A program made the position numbers and the translations under genes. The notes beneath the pieces were generated by a model, which saw only the letters and a list, made by a program, of their open reading frames with translations, was not told the origin of the DNA and did no database searches. 64,000 bases of DNA from Thermodesulfobacteriota bacterium (GTDB taxonomy: Bacteria; Desulfobacterota_D; UBA1144; Nemesobacterales; UBA2774), in assembly GCA_963422265.1 (NCBI GenBank), contig OY729416.1:1376001-1440000 (forward strand), in the 5' to 3' direction. Below are positions 11,976 through 21,317 of this stretch, piece after piece. The stretch's first letter is position 1; each line of letters starts with the position of its first letter.

Positions 11976-14900
11976 TTAAGAGATAGTTCTCGGCTTGGTA
12001 CTCTTGGTCACCTCGTGCGTGTATTGGTTTCTTCTCCGTAAGAAGGAGTCCCATTGTTTGCTTAAATAGGCGTGTAAGTCATCCAAAATAAGATAAAGGC
12101 AGGGTATTAACAACAACGTTATGATTGTGGCAAATAAAAGCCCAAATCCTAATGCTATAGCCATCGGGGCGAGAAACGCTGCCTCACCTCTAAACTTAAT
12201 CATCAGTGTTGCGAGACCCCCAAAGGTCGTGGCCGTTGTCAGTATTATTGGTCTAAATCTATGTTTAGCCGAGAGAGCTACGGCTAGCACTCTATTCATT
12301 TTCTTAAAGCGTGCGTTTATAAAGGTCATCAGCACTAGGCTGTCGTTAACAACAATCCCCAATAACGCGACGGTACCAATCAAGGCAGGCAGGGTTAGTG
12401 GCTCTCCGCGGAGCAGGACACCTATCATAACTCCTATAATAGCGAACGGAAGCACAGACATAATAATAAAGGGCTGGGTGTATGATTTAAGCATGCTTGC
12501 CAGAATTAAATAGATTAGCATTATAGATATTATAGCGGCTCTCTTTATACTCTCGAGCGATTCTCTCGTCTGCTCTTCCTCCCCGCCGAATGCGTATAGG
12601 TAGCCCTGAAAGTCAGATAGCTTCTCGTCAAGAAACGAGGATACTCCTGCATTTACTTCTGTTGCGGTGATTATCCGTTGATTTATCTCAGCCGTGATTC
12701 TTACTGATCTTTCCATATTATGACGGGATATACTTAACATGCTCGGCTCTATAGACATATCAGCCACGTTACCGAGTGGCACCCAGCCACCTTGGTCCGT
12801 TTGTATTTGATAGGACTCAAGTATCGACAGCAAGTTGCCCGAAGGTAACTCATACTTAACTATAATATCCGCCTCCTCTGTGCCCAGGCGCGTCTGGGAT
12901 ACCGTTAAACCTTCTGCGGATGCTCTTATACTTCTTGCGATAGTTCTAGTATCAAGACCATAAATAGAGGCTCTTTCTTCATCTACTTTAATGCGCAGCT
13001 CCGGTTTTCCCCATACCAGATCATCTCTTACCCCTTTTACTCCGGGGATACCTTCTAGGTACTCTTTGGTATCATTTGCGAGTTGTTTGAGGATATTAAA
13101 GTCTCCTCCTTGTATGCGTAGGTCAACTGGCTTTCCCACGGGTGGACCCTCGTTGACTATAAAGTCAACTGATGAAGGTCCTACAACCTTAGTCTCCACG
13201 CTGTTTCTTATCTCTTGCATTAATTCCTTACCGTTTTCCTCTCGTTCTTCAAAATCCTCATACTCTACTATGACAGTCGCAAGATGATCTCCAAACTCAG
13301 GCTTTTCCGACAGATACATCCCTGTCAGTGATACAGTGTCTTTTAACACGTGCTCCGGGACCACTTCCTTTACTACTTCTTCAATTTTGACTACGGATTC
13401 TTTAGTGGAGTTAATATTTGACCAAGTAGGATTTTCAATTCTAACGTAAAATTGAGCAATATCCTGTGAATAGAATAATATTTTGGGGATTTTAATGAAA
13501 ACTACTAACGTCAGAGCAAGAATCAGTATAAAGCTTAGAACGGTTACGTATCTGTGTCTAATAGCAAATATAACGGATTTCATATATTGACAACGGATTT
13601 TATGAACCCATTTTCTAGTAGGTACGTTTCTACGCTGGCTTTTTAAGAAATCGGCGCAGTGAGACGGCAGTATAATCAGGGCTTCTATAAGAGAAACCAG
13701 AAGGGCATATATAGCGACCTTAGGTATGACAGACATAAATTTCCCGATCACGCCCGTTGCGATAAGAAGCGGGATGAACGAGGCGATATTAGTGAGAATG
13801 GTCGCTACTACCGGAAGTGCAACCTCCTTTGCGCCTTTTACGGCGGAGTCTATGGGTGAATAGCCCATCTGTATGTATCTCTGTATGTTCTCGGCGACTA
13901 TAATAGCGTCGTCAACAATAATGCCCAGCACCAGAATCAAGCCGAACATGGATAGTATGTTAAGCGTTATGCCTGAGAACTGCATGAGTATGAACGCCCC
14001 AAAAAATGCCACCGGAAGCCCTATCGCCGCCATAATGGCGGATCTCAAGTCAAGAAACAAAACGAGTATAACAAGGACGATTAAAAGCCCTATTGCGCCG
14101 CTATTCACCATTGTGTTAAATCTTTGCTTTACCCAGTAAGAGCTATCGTTAGTTACGAATATTTTTAGATTATCAGGCACTCTGTTCCTGAAACTATCAA
14201 TCTCTCTTTCAATTTCTTTTACCGTTTTTATAGAGTCTGCGCCCTTTTGTTTGTTTATCCAGAAGTTTATTGCCGGAAGACCATTTACTCTTGCCATTGT
14301 CTTTACGAGTTTCTCTCCCTGCTCTACTCTTGCAATATCTTTGAGCAGCACATGCCTTCCAGTCGGGTTTTTTTTAACTGGAATATGGAGCAAATCCTGC
14401 GCTTTCTGCACTCTGCCAGTTACTCGCACAAGAAGCTCTGCGTCTCCTTGCTTCACAGCCCCTCCGGGCAGGTCGATATTTTTTCTTTCTATGGAGGACG
14501 AAACCTGTTCTAGCGTAACCTCGTATTGTTTGAGTTTTTCGGGATATATGTAAACCCAGAACGCAGGGTCTTCAATGCCCGTAGCAACGATGTTATCAAC
14601 GCCCGGCGATAGCTTGAGTTGGTTTTCTAGGACGAGCCCGTAATATCTGAGCGTTTCCCTCGGGACGCTTCCCGCTATAGCAACGCTAATAAGAGGAAAA
14701 CCGGCGGCAATCTGTTCTGTCACCGGTTCTTCCGCATCTTCAGGAAGTTGGGACCGAAGCTTCGCTACTTCCGATCTTATATCCTGGGAGAGCTTTTGTG
14801 TATCTTCTCCGACCTCTATCTCAGCTACGACGGATGAAAGCCCCTCCGAGGACTTTGAGCGTATATTTTTTACGCCGCTTAAATCGTTTATTTCCTCTTC

Positions 14901-15101
14901 AATGGGTATTGTTATCAGCTTTTCTACGTCCTCGGCGGAGGCTCCAGGAAAAGCTGTCGTTATTTTGACTAGTTCTAGCTTAATTGATGGAAATAGTTCT
15001 AGTGGAAGGCTTAAAGCGGACATAACGCCCACGACCAATATAGCAATCGTCAAAAGGTTGACAAGCACCGGATTTTTAACTGAAAATTTGGCTATATGCA
15101 T
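11976..15101 (-). CDS. RND efflux permease (AcrB-like family)
   Basis: 1041 aa; GIIVDDAIIVAENI, RFRPIILT. Confidence 0.95.
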   Translation of the reverse strand: MHIAKFSVKNPVLVNLLTIAILVVGVMSALSLPLELFPSIKLELVKITTAFPGASAEDVEKLITIPIEEEINDLSGVKNIRSKSSEGLSSVVAEIEVGEDTQKLSQDIRSEVAKLRSQLPEDAEEPVTEQIAAGFPLISVAIAGSVPRETLRYYGLVLENQLKLSPGVDNIVATGIEDPAFWVYIYPEKLKQYEVTLEQVSSSIERKNIDLPGGAVKQGDAELLVRVTGRVQKAQDLLHIPVKKNPTGRHVLLKDIARVEQGEKLVKTMARVNGLPAINFWINKQKGADSIKTVKEIEREIDSFRNRVPDNLKIFVTNDSSYWVKQRFNTMVNSGAIGLLIVLVILVLFLDLRSAIMAAIGLPVAFFGAFILMQFSGITLNILSMFGLILVLGIIVDDAIIVAENIQRYIQMGYSPIDSAVKGAKEVALPVVATILTNIASFIPLLIATGVIGKFMSVIPKVAIYALLVSLIEALIILPSHCADFLKSQRRNVPTRKWVHKIRCQYMKSVIFAIRHRYVTVLSFILILALTLVVFIKIPKILFYSQDIAQFYVRIENPTWSNINSTKESVVKIEEVVKEVVPEHVLKDTVSLTGMYLSEKPEFGDHLATVIVEYEDFEEREENGKELMQEIRNSVETKVVGPSSVDFIVNEGPPVGKPVDLRIQGGDFNILKQLANDTKEYLEGIPGVKGVRDDLVWGKPELRIKVDEERASIYGLDTRTIARSIRASAEGLTVSQTRLGTEEADIIVKYELPSGNLLSILESYQIQTDQGGWVPLGNVADMSIEPSMLSISRHNMERSVRITAEINQRIITATEVNAGVSSFLDEKLSDFQGYLYAFGGEEEQTRESLESIKRAAIISIMLIYLILASMLKSYTQPFIIMSVLPFAIIGVMIGVLLRGEPLTLPALIGTVALLGIVVNDSLVLMTFINARFKKMNRVLAVALSAKHRFRPIILTTATTFGGLATLMIKFRGEAAFLAPMAIALGFGLLFATIITLLLIPCLYLILDDLHAYLSKQWDSFLRRRNQYTHEVTKSTKPRTIS

Positions 15102-15120
15102 TTCTGGGATATTTATTAAG

Positions 15121-16248
15121 CTAACGCATTAAGCGAACCGGCTGTCCACCAGCTAGACCGACGTGACCCTCTGTAATGATCATCGCTCCTTCTGGTATCA
15201 AACGTGCAGGGATGCAGCCTTCTTCCTCGTTGATCCACTCTACTGAGATAGGGATTTTAATAGCTTTCCCATCCTGATAAACAAATATGAAAGAGTCTTC
15301 GCTATCAGATAAAACGGTTGTTCTGGGAACAATTACAACGTCGGTTAGCAGATCTACGGGAATTTCCATAGATACTACCTCTCCAGCCAGCCAGCTATGG
15401 TTATCATTTATTATTCTGGCTTCAACCGAGTAGGTTCCTGAAAATGAGTCCATATTGGGACTAACCCCTATTATCTCGCCTTGATTCTCTTCGTTCGCCC
15501 TTGTCCTTAGCCTCACTTTCATGCCAGGCTTAATTATCCGCGCCTGACGCGGCTCGACTCCAGCTGCTACCCTTTTCTCCTTGGCGCTTGCCATTTTTAT
15601 AACAAGTTCTCCCGCTCTGACCTCCTGTCCCACGTCGGGTAGCACTTTCACAATCCGCCCTGATATTGGTGAGGCAATATTAAGGCTATCTACATCCCAC
15701 CTCATAAGATTGTATGAAGCTTTGAGAGAGTCGATCTTAGCTGATTCAGAAGCGATTTGGTTAGAGAGCGAGTCCAGAATATCGCGGGCGACAATTCCCT
15801 TTTCAACAAGTGTAAGTGACTGTTTGTGCTTTCTCTCAATCTCATTCAGATTGGCGCGGGCTGATTTAAGACGAGCTTGGGCTTCTTTGAGCTTTAGCAG
15901 CTTCCTTGAATCCTCAAGGACTATTAGGGACGCACCCTTTTGGACGCTCTGTCCGAGAGCTACCTTTTTTTCTACAACCCATCCACCCACGTCGGCTATT
16001 ACGTCTATAGTCTGTGCGTCCTCGACGCGCGCAAGGAAGCTTGACGCCTTCCAAACTTCTTGGGTTCTTATAGCCTTCTGAGCGCGCACCGGGGTCAGCT
16101 TGTTTTCAGATGCAGTGTCAAGCGTGGCAACTCGCACGAACGTCATCCGAATGTAGAGACCGATTATAAGTGCTATGAAACATATTAGGAAGCCAAAAAA
16201 CCAAACCCACTGCTTTTTTTGCCTAAACATCTTTTTTATGGATAACAT
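15121..16248 (-). CDS. RND periplasmic adaptor (membrane fusion protein)
   Basis: N-terminal TM segment, lipoyl halves and coiled hairpin, IASPISG; adjacent to RND permease. Confidence 0.9.
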   Translation of the reverse strand: MLSIKKMFRQKKQWVWFFGFLICFIALIIGLYIRMTFVRVATLDTASENKLTPVRAQKAIRTQEVWKASSFLARVEDAQTIDVIADVGGWVVEKKVALGQSVQKGASLIVLEDSRKLLKLKEAQARLKSARANLNEIERKHKQSLTLVEKGIVARDILDSLSNQIASESAKIDSLKASYNLMRWDVDSLNIASPISGRIVKVLPDVGQEVRAGELVIKMASAKEKRVAAGVEPRQARIIKPGMKVRLRTRANEENQGEIIGVSPNMDSFSGTYSVEARIINDNHSWLAGEVVSMEIPVDLLTDVVIVPRTTVLSDSEDSFIFVYQDGKAIKIPISVEWINEEEGCIPARLIPEGAMIITEGHVGLAGGQPVRLMR

Positions 16249-16394
16249 GCCTAACCTTATTTAATGAAAACTATTATAAGAGTTTAACACATGCTACGTA
16301 TTTTTATTTGCTCTCAAAACATGCAATTGATTATACTAAGATTTGTGTATAGAGTTTGTATAAATAACTAAATTTGTTAGAGGAGGAGAGCACA

Positions 16395-16700
16395 ATGGGA
16401 GGAAAGCCTATGACAAAATCTGAATTATCAAGCTACATTGCTGAAAAGACTGGTGTAACGAAAAGGACGGCGACGGCGATGCTAGATGAGTTAGCTACGA
16501 TTGTGTGTTCAGAAGCTAGGGACAGTAAGCAGTTTACTATACCGGGTATTGGCAAGCTTGTCCTTGATAACAGAAAAGCGAGAATGGGACGAAATCCTGC
16601 CACGGGGGAAGAAATAGAGATACCTGCTAAGACCGTAGTCAAATTCAGGGTAGCCAAGGCTTGTAAGGATGCGATTTTAGGCAGTGTCCCAAGCTCGTAG
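16395..16700 (+). CDS. hup: HU-family DNA-binding protein
   Basis: MTKSEL, ARMGRNPATGEEIEIPAK; GAGGAG RBS before ATG 16395. Confidence 0.93.
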   Translation: MGGKPMTKSELSSYIAEKTGVTKRTATAMLDELATIVCSEARDSKQFTIPGIGKLVLDNRKARMGRNPATGEEIEIPAKTVVKFRVAKACKDAILGSVPSS

Positions 16701-16956
16701 AAGGGTTGATTGTTTAACAAGCTAGGGATAGTTAGCGTGCCAACTTCCCATCAATCGCTTTTCGGACTACATTATATTGCAAGGCTGATATGGTTCAGAG
16801 GGAGCAGTTAAAAGATATGGTTGTTAAGCACGGTGTGCAAGATTATCATCCGCATTCCGAGCTCGATTCAGAACTAAATTCTTTTATAACGTAGCGGGCA
16901 AAGCGTAACATGAGCGTAGCCTAAGGGGTAGGTTCTGCCTACGGTTAGGTAGTAAT

Positions 16957-18171
16957 TTATCTTATATCAGCTCTAGCCTTTCTTAAATCTGAAATTTTAT
17001 CCAAGATTCTATCCGCTAAATCATCCTTTGACATTATAGGAAGCGCCTCTACCTTGTCTTTACCGTAAACAAAGTGAGCTATGTTAGTGTCTCCTTCAAA
17101 TCCCGCCCCTGGTTTTAGCACGTCATTGGCTACGATAATATCCGCGTTTTTTCTCTTGAGTTTATCCTTGGCGTTTTTCACCAAGTTTTCAGTCTCAACT
17201 GCAAAGCCTACCACAATCCTGCCGTTTTTGTTCCTTCCAATTTGCTCTAAGATGTCGTTTGTTTGTTTAAGCCTAAGGATGTTGTCTTTTAAATCCTTTT
17301 TGATTTTGTCTTTAGCTTTACTTACGGGCGCATAGTCGCCCACGGCCGCAGCCTTCACAACTATGGTTGACCAATTGATATGCTCCATAACTGATTCATA
17401 CATGTCATAAGAGCTTATCACGTTCACCAATTTTACGCCGTGCGGCGGTTTTAAGTTACACTTTGCTGAAACCAATACTACTTCAGCTCCCCTCCTGTAA
17501 GCCGCTTTGGCTATTGCGTATCCCATTTTTCCGCTCGATGGGTTTGATATGAATCTGACTGGATCTAGAAATTCCCTGGTCGCTCCAGCAGTAACCAATA
17601 CCTTTTCCCCCATCATATCTTTTGGCGTTAACGTTCTCTCAATTTTCCCAACTATTTCCTCTATTTCAGGAAGCCTCCCCTTTCCTTCCCATCCACAGGC
17701 AAGATAGCCCTCTTCAGACTCCACAATCATAAGCCCACGCTGTCTCAATTTGCGTATGTTCTCTTGCACTATAGGATTCTCATACATGTTCACATTCATG
17801 GACGGACAGAGAATAATGGGAGAACGGGTAGCTAGAATTATCGTTGAAAGTATGCTGTCTGCGATCCCTGAGGATAGCTTGCCGATAAAGCTCGCCGTAG
17901 CGGGGGCAACTACTATTGCATCGGCATTATCCGCAAGAGCTATGTGTCCGATTTCCGCCTCCCATTCACTATCAAATACGCTTGTCGCAACACGTTTTCC
18001 AGATAAAGTCTGAAGCGTGAGCGGGGTAATGAATTGGGTTGCATTTTGCGTCATCACTACCTGTACTGATGCTTCTTCTTTAACAAGCTGTCTCACAAGC
18101 TCGCACGATTTATAAGCGGCTATTCCACCCGTTACACCTAATATAATGTTTTTCCCACTTAGAATAGACAT
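16957..18171 (-). CDS. coaBC: Bifunctional PPC decarboxylase / PP-cysteine ligase
   Basis: GVTGGIAAYK, PSMNVNMY, DPVRFISNPSSGKMG; likely start MSILSGK at 18171. Confidence 0.96.
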   Translation of the reverse strand: MSILSGKNIILGVTGGIAAYKSCELVRQLVKEEASVQVVMTQNATQFITPLTLQTLSGKRVATSVFDSEWEAEIGHIALADNADAIVVAPATASFIGKLSSGIADSILSTIILATRSPIILCPSMNVNMYENPIVQENIRKLRQRGLMIVESEEGYLACGWEGKGRLPEIEEIVGKIERTLTPKDMMGEKVLVTAGATREFLDPVRFISNPSSGKMGYAIAKAAYRRGAEVVLVSAKCNLKPPHGVKLVNVISSYDMYESVMEHINWSTIVVKAAAVGDYAPVSKAKDKIKKDLKDNILRLKQTNDILEQIGRNKNGRIVVGFAVETENLVKNAKDKLKRKNADIIVANDVLKPGAGFEGDTNIAHFVYGKDKVEALPIMSKDDLADRILDKISDLRKARADIR

Positions 18172-18329
18172 TGCGCTTGTATGCTCCGCTCGAGATATTA
18201 TAGGGAGTAACGGTAAATTGAGCAAACAGGCTAATTTGAGTATGGTCAATCTTCTCCCTACCGCAACGAAGCGAGACTGCCTGCCCTGCTATTACGCTTC
18301 ACTCTGAGCCTGCTTTGGAATTCCTCTTT

Positions 18330-18640
18330 TGTCATTCCAAATAGAGAGACGTTCCCAGGTCTCGGGCTAAAATCCACTGAGGATTTTTTCTTCTACTCGG
18401 TTGGAGAACCTGTCGAATCAGGGAGAGGGATGCAAGTTCGGATTGGAATGAGGGCGGCGCCCTAAGGCATCGGCGTGAGCCCAGCCGAACGCTTGTCGAA
18501 GGGTATCTATAAGCTATCTCTCCTAGCCATTCCTACCTAGCCTTCGCTGCTTACAACTTTGGGGGTATGCTTATTAAGCAGGCAACTGGCGACCCACTTC
18601 TTTTGCTTCCCTCTTTGATAAAGGGGGATATAGAGAGTTC
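18330..18640. repeat. Cluster of degenerate REP-like palindromes upstream of cas6
   Basis: CGTGAGCC..CTTGTCGAAGGG and CCCTCTTTGATAAAGGGGG hairpins related to those at 32-35.7 kb. Confidence 0.4.
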
Positions 18641-18697
18641 AAATAGAGTTAGCTCTATAGCAAGTATCTGAGCTTTATGATAATTTATCTAGCGCTA

Positions 18698-19474
18698 ATG
18701 AGAATGAAGATTGAGTTTAGTTCAGACGACGAAGTCCGCCTTCCAATACATCATAACCATATAATACAGGGCGTTATTTACAGCTCTATTTCTTCCAAGC
18801 TGGCTAAAATGCTTCATGACAAAGGGTTTGAGTTTAATAATAGGAGGTTCAAACTTTTTACCTTTTCCAGAATCGAGGTGAATTTCAGAGTAGATAGAAA
18901 GGAAAATACTATAGTTTTTGGCTCTCCGTTCAGGCTTGTTATAAGCTCTGCCCTTAACCGGTTCATCGAAGAACTAGGAAACGAAATGCTCCGAAAAGAG
19001 CGTCTTAATATCGGAAAAAACACGGTAAGGGTCAACTCAATTGAGATCTCCAATTCTGTGCTATCGGACAAGAACAGGATAAAAATCCTCTCTCCCATAA
19101 CCATATACAGCACTCTTAAGAAAGCGGATGGGAAAAAGAAGACCTATTACTACTCGCCTTTTGAGGAAGAATTCTCTCACCTTGTCTCGGAGAATGCGAA
19201 GAAAAAGTTCAAAGCGTTTCATCAGGTGCATCCCCGAAAGCTGTTACCCAAGAACGTGAGTAAAAGCATTGAAGTAAAGAGAGCAATAAGCCTATCTCCG
19301 GTAGGCGTAAGACCCAACAATCAAAAGATAGTCAATTACAAAGGAACGATTATCAAAGGATGGATGGGAATTTATGAACTGAGCGGAGACCCCGAGCTTA
19401 TGAAGATGGTCTATGACGCCGGTCTCGGTGGCAAAAACTCACAGGGTTTTGGATGTTTTGAGGTTTTGGGGTGA
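18698..19474 (+). CDS. cas6: CRISPR endoribonuclease Cas6
   Basis: FKLFTFS and C-terminal G-rich loop GLGGKNSQGFG; start placed at MRMKIEF. Confidence 0.95.
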   Translation: MRMKIEFSSDDEVRLPIHHNHIIQGVIYSSISSKLAKMLHDKGFEFNNRRFKLFTFSRIEVNFRVDRKENTIVFGSPFRLVISSALNRFIEELGNEMLRKERLNIGKNTVRVNSIEISNSVLSDKNRIKILSPITIYSTLKKADGKKKTYYYSPFEEEFSHLVSENAKKKFKAFHQVHPRKLLPKNVSKSIEVKRAISLSPVGVRPNNQKIVNYKGTIIKGWMGIYELSGDPELMKMVYDAGLGGKNSQGFGCFEVLG

Positions 19475-19509
19475 TAGGATTGACTATGCGGGAATGAGTA
19501 TTAGTTTTT

Positions 19510-19590
19510 ATCCAAGGGATACCTACGAGGGATTGAAACTTTGGATTGTTATAAGATTGTTCAGCATATCTACCTATAAGGAATGAATGG
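19510..19590 (+). ncRNA. Degenerate CRISPR mini-array (crRNA-like regulatory RNA, CreA/CreR type)
   Basis: TACCTACGAGGGATTGAAAC (19520-19539, 18/20 to the repeat 3' end), ~21-nt spacer 19540-19560, then CTACCTATAAGGAATGAA (19570-19587). Confidence 0.8.
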
Positions 19591-19592
19591 TC

Positions 19593-19649
19593 TTGACAGT
19601 TTTGATATGATGTTCATCTTAATTTTATGCTATTTGGATTGTTGTAAGA
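19593..19649 (+). promoter_or_regulatory. Putative promoter region containing the mini-spacer target site
   Basis: TTGACA 19593; TTGATA(19602)-18-TATGCT(19626); target TTTGGATTGTTGTAAGA 19633-19649. Confidence 0.6.
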
Positions 19650-19684
19650 AACCTACCAAACACTAAATTGTTTAGGAGTAAACA

Positions 19685-19750
19685 ATGAAACACATAAGCG
19701 TAAAAATCGAAGAGCAAAGAGAAAAAGTTGTCACTAAGAAATCAATATAG
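19685..19750 (+). CDS. Candidate 21-aa leader or mini ORF (MKHISVKIEEQREKVVTKKSI)
   Basis: Strong TAGGAG RBS correctly spaced before ATG 19685. Confidence 0.35.
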   Translation: MKHISVKIEEQREKVVTKKSI

Positions 19751-19953
19751 ATACTCTTGCGTGCAAAATGACAGCGAAACATACGTTGATCCGACAACTC
19801 ATTGCTCTCGCAACCAACGCAGTTGTTTGCATCCCATAGGTTTACAGGGGAAGAGAAGAGGAGATGATTCAAGCAATGACAAAACCCAACAAGATGTTGA
19901 GAATAGGCTGAATGGGTGTGGATAAAATATCAGAGAAGGTTATTGTGTAAGAG

Positions 19954-21315
19954 ATGAACATGTTAGAAGAGATTATATATCAAAAATCAATGGGAAATCC
20001 ATTCATTGACGCTGGTGTGAGTGTAATGAGTCAATGGTTGGATATAAAGCCGCATGAAATTACTTCTGATGATTTAAGAAGGGTTGTAAAAGGAATTGTC
20101 CCTGTGTTTAACAATACGAGTTTTAAGAAAAGTTTATATTCTATATTTCCCAACAGTACTTTTACTAATAACTCTATAAGAGGTGATAGAAAAGCGAAAT
20201 TCATTTGTGATTGCAATAAATATATTGATGCCATTATAGTAATGCAGGACTCGGGCGATTGCCTTGGGTGTGGTAGGCGTAACTCAACCTACAAATTAGG
20301 AAAAGATAAAGTTCCTTTAACAGGAAGTGGAAAACTTGCAAATTTCTTTCCGAGTTTTGACAAGGGTGTGGGATATTGCTCAGCTTGTACTCTTGCAATC
20401 CAGTTTTCACCCTTATCATTTGTTGCCAGCGGTGGAAAATTGTTAATGCTTAGTTCTACTTCATGGCAAGCAATGGTTTCATGGACAAAAATATGCGTTA
20501 AAGACATACGAAGCAAGATGTTAAAAGGTGAAGACGTAACTTGTTATAACCCTGGATACTCTAATCCACGTAATGGCTTATTTTACATGGCAGGTGAAAT
20601 GATTAAGCTCGAGGAAGGCGGGGTAACAAATGAAGATGTGTCTATGCAGGTGTTTTATTTTACAAACTACAATCAAGGTCCGGAATTAGAAATTTTTTAT
20701 CTTCCTACACCGGCATTTAGATTTCTCCGCTATGCTAACCAAATTCAATATAAATCTGCGTGGATTAGCATTGTCAAAAGTGGCTATCAGAAAGTAAACT
20801 GGAACAAAGTAAAATTAGAAGATGATTACAAAAATAAGTATAACCTTGTTTATGAATATCTTTTACAAGAAAGGTCAATTATACAGTTCTTTCTAAATCA
20901 GAAGGAAAGAAAACAAAGAGGTGATTGGGAATTACTCTCTCTTTACTTAAAGGAGGTTAGAAATATGAGTGAAGAAAGGATTGAAGTGATTAGAAAAGTA
21001 GCTGATAAAATCGCAGATATTATAGAGAAATCTAGAAGTGATAAAAGACTAGGTCAGTTGGAAAGAGCAGGAAGCTACAGGGAGTTCCAAAACATACTTA
21101 GGTTTATTATAAAAGACAGATTAAAAAATGATGAAGATGAATGTCTTTTTACGTTGGATGAATATACAAAACATTTATTTCCTGATGGTTCACGCACATG
21201 GAAAGAGACGCAGTATTTATTATTGTTCGGAATTTACGAGACTCTTCATGAATGGCTTAAAGATAAGGGAATAATAGAAGATGAAAATACAAACCAATCA
21301 ACGGAGGAAAACTAG
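19954..21315 (+). CDS. cas8: Type I-B large subunit Cas8 (Cst1/Cas8b-like)
   Basis: GNPFIDAG N-terminus, CxxC pairs, PLTGSG..NF; lies before cas7. Confidence 0.88.
   Translation: MNMLEEIIYQKSMGNPFIDAGVSVMSQWLDIKPHEITSDDLRRVVKGIVPVFNNTSFKKSLYSIFPNSTFTNNSIRGDRKAKFICDCNKYIDAIIVMQDSGDCLGCGRRNSTYKLGKDKVPLTGSGKLANFFPSFDKGVGYCSACTLAIQFSPLSFVASGGKLLMLSSTSWQAMVSWTKICVKDIRSKMLKGEDVTCYNPGYSNPRNGLFYMAGEMIKLEEGGVTNEDVSMQVFYFTNYNQGPELEIFYLPTPAFRFLRYANQIQYKSAWISIVKSGYQKVNWNKVKLEDDYKNKYNLVYEYLLQERSIIQFFLNQKERKQRGDWELLSLYLKEVRNMSEERIEVIRKVADKIADIIEKSRSDKRLGQLERAGSYREFQNILRFIIKDRLKNDEDECLFTLDEYTKHLFPDGSRTWKETQYLLLFGIYETLHEWLKDKGIIEDENTNQSTEEN
20965..21315 (+). CDS. cas11: Putative Cas11 from an internal in-frame start in cas8
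   Basis: AAGGAGG at 20950-20956, in-frame ATG 20965, 116-aa helical product. Confidence 0.7.
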   Translation: MSEERIEVIRKVADKIADIIEKSRSDKRLGQLERAGSYREFQNILRFIIKDRLKNDEDECLFTLDEYTKHLFPDGSRTWKETQYLLLFGIYETLHEWLKDKGIIEDENTNQSTEEN

Positions 21316-21317
21316 TT

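Noticed and set aside
19728-19925. 65-aa ORF before cas8
   Set aside because: Non-ATG start, no RBS, no recognisable motif
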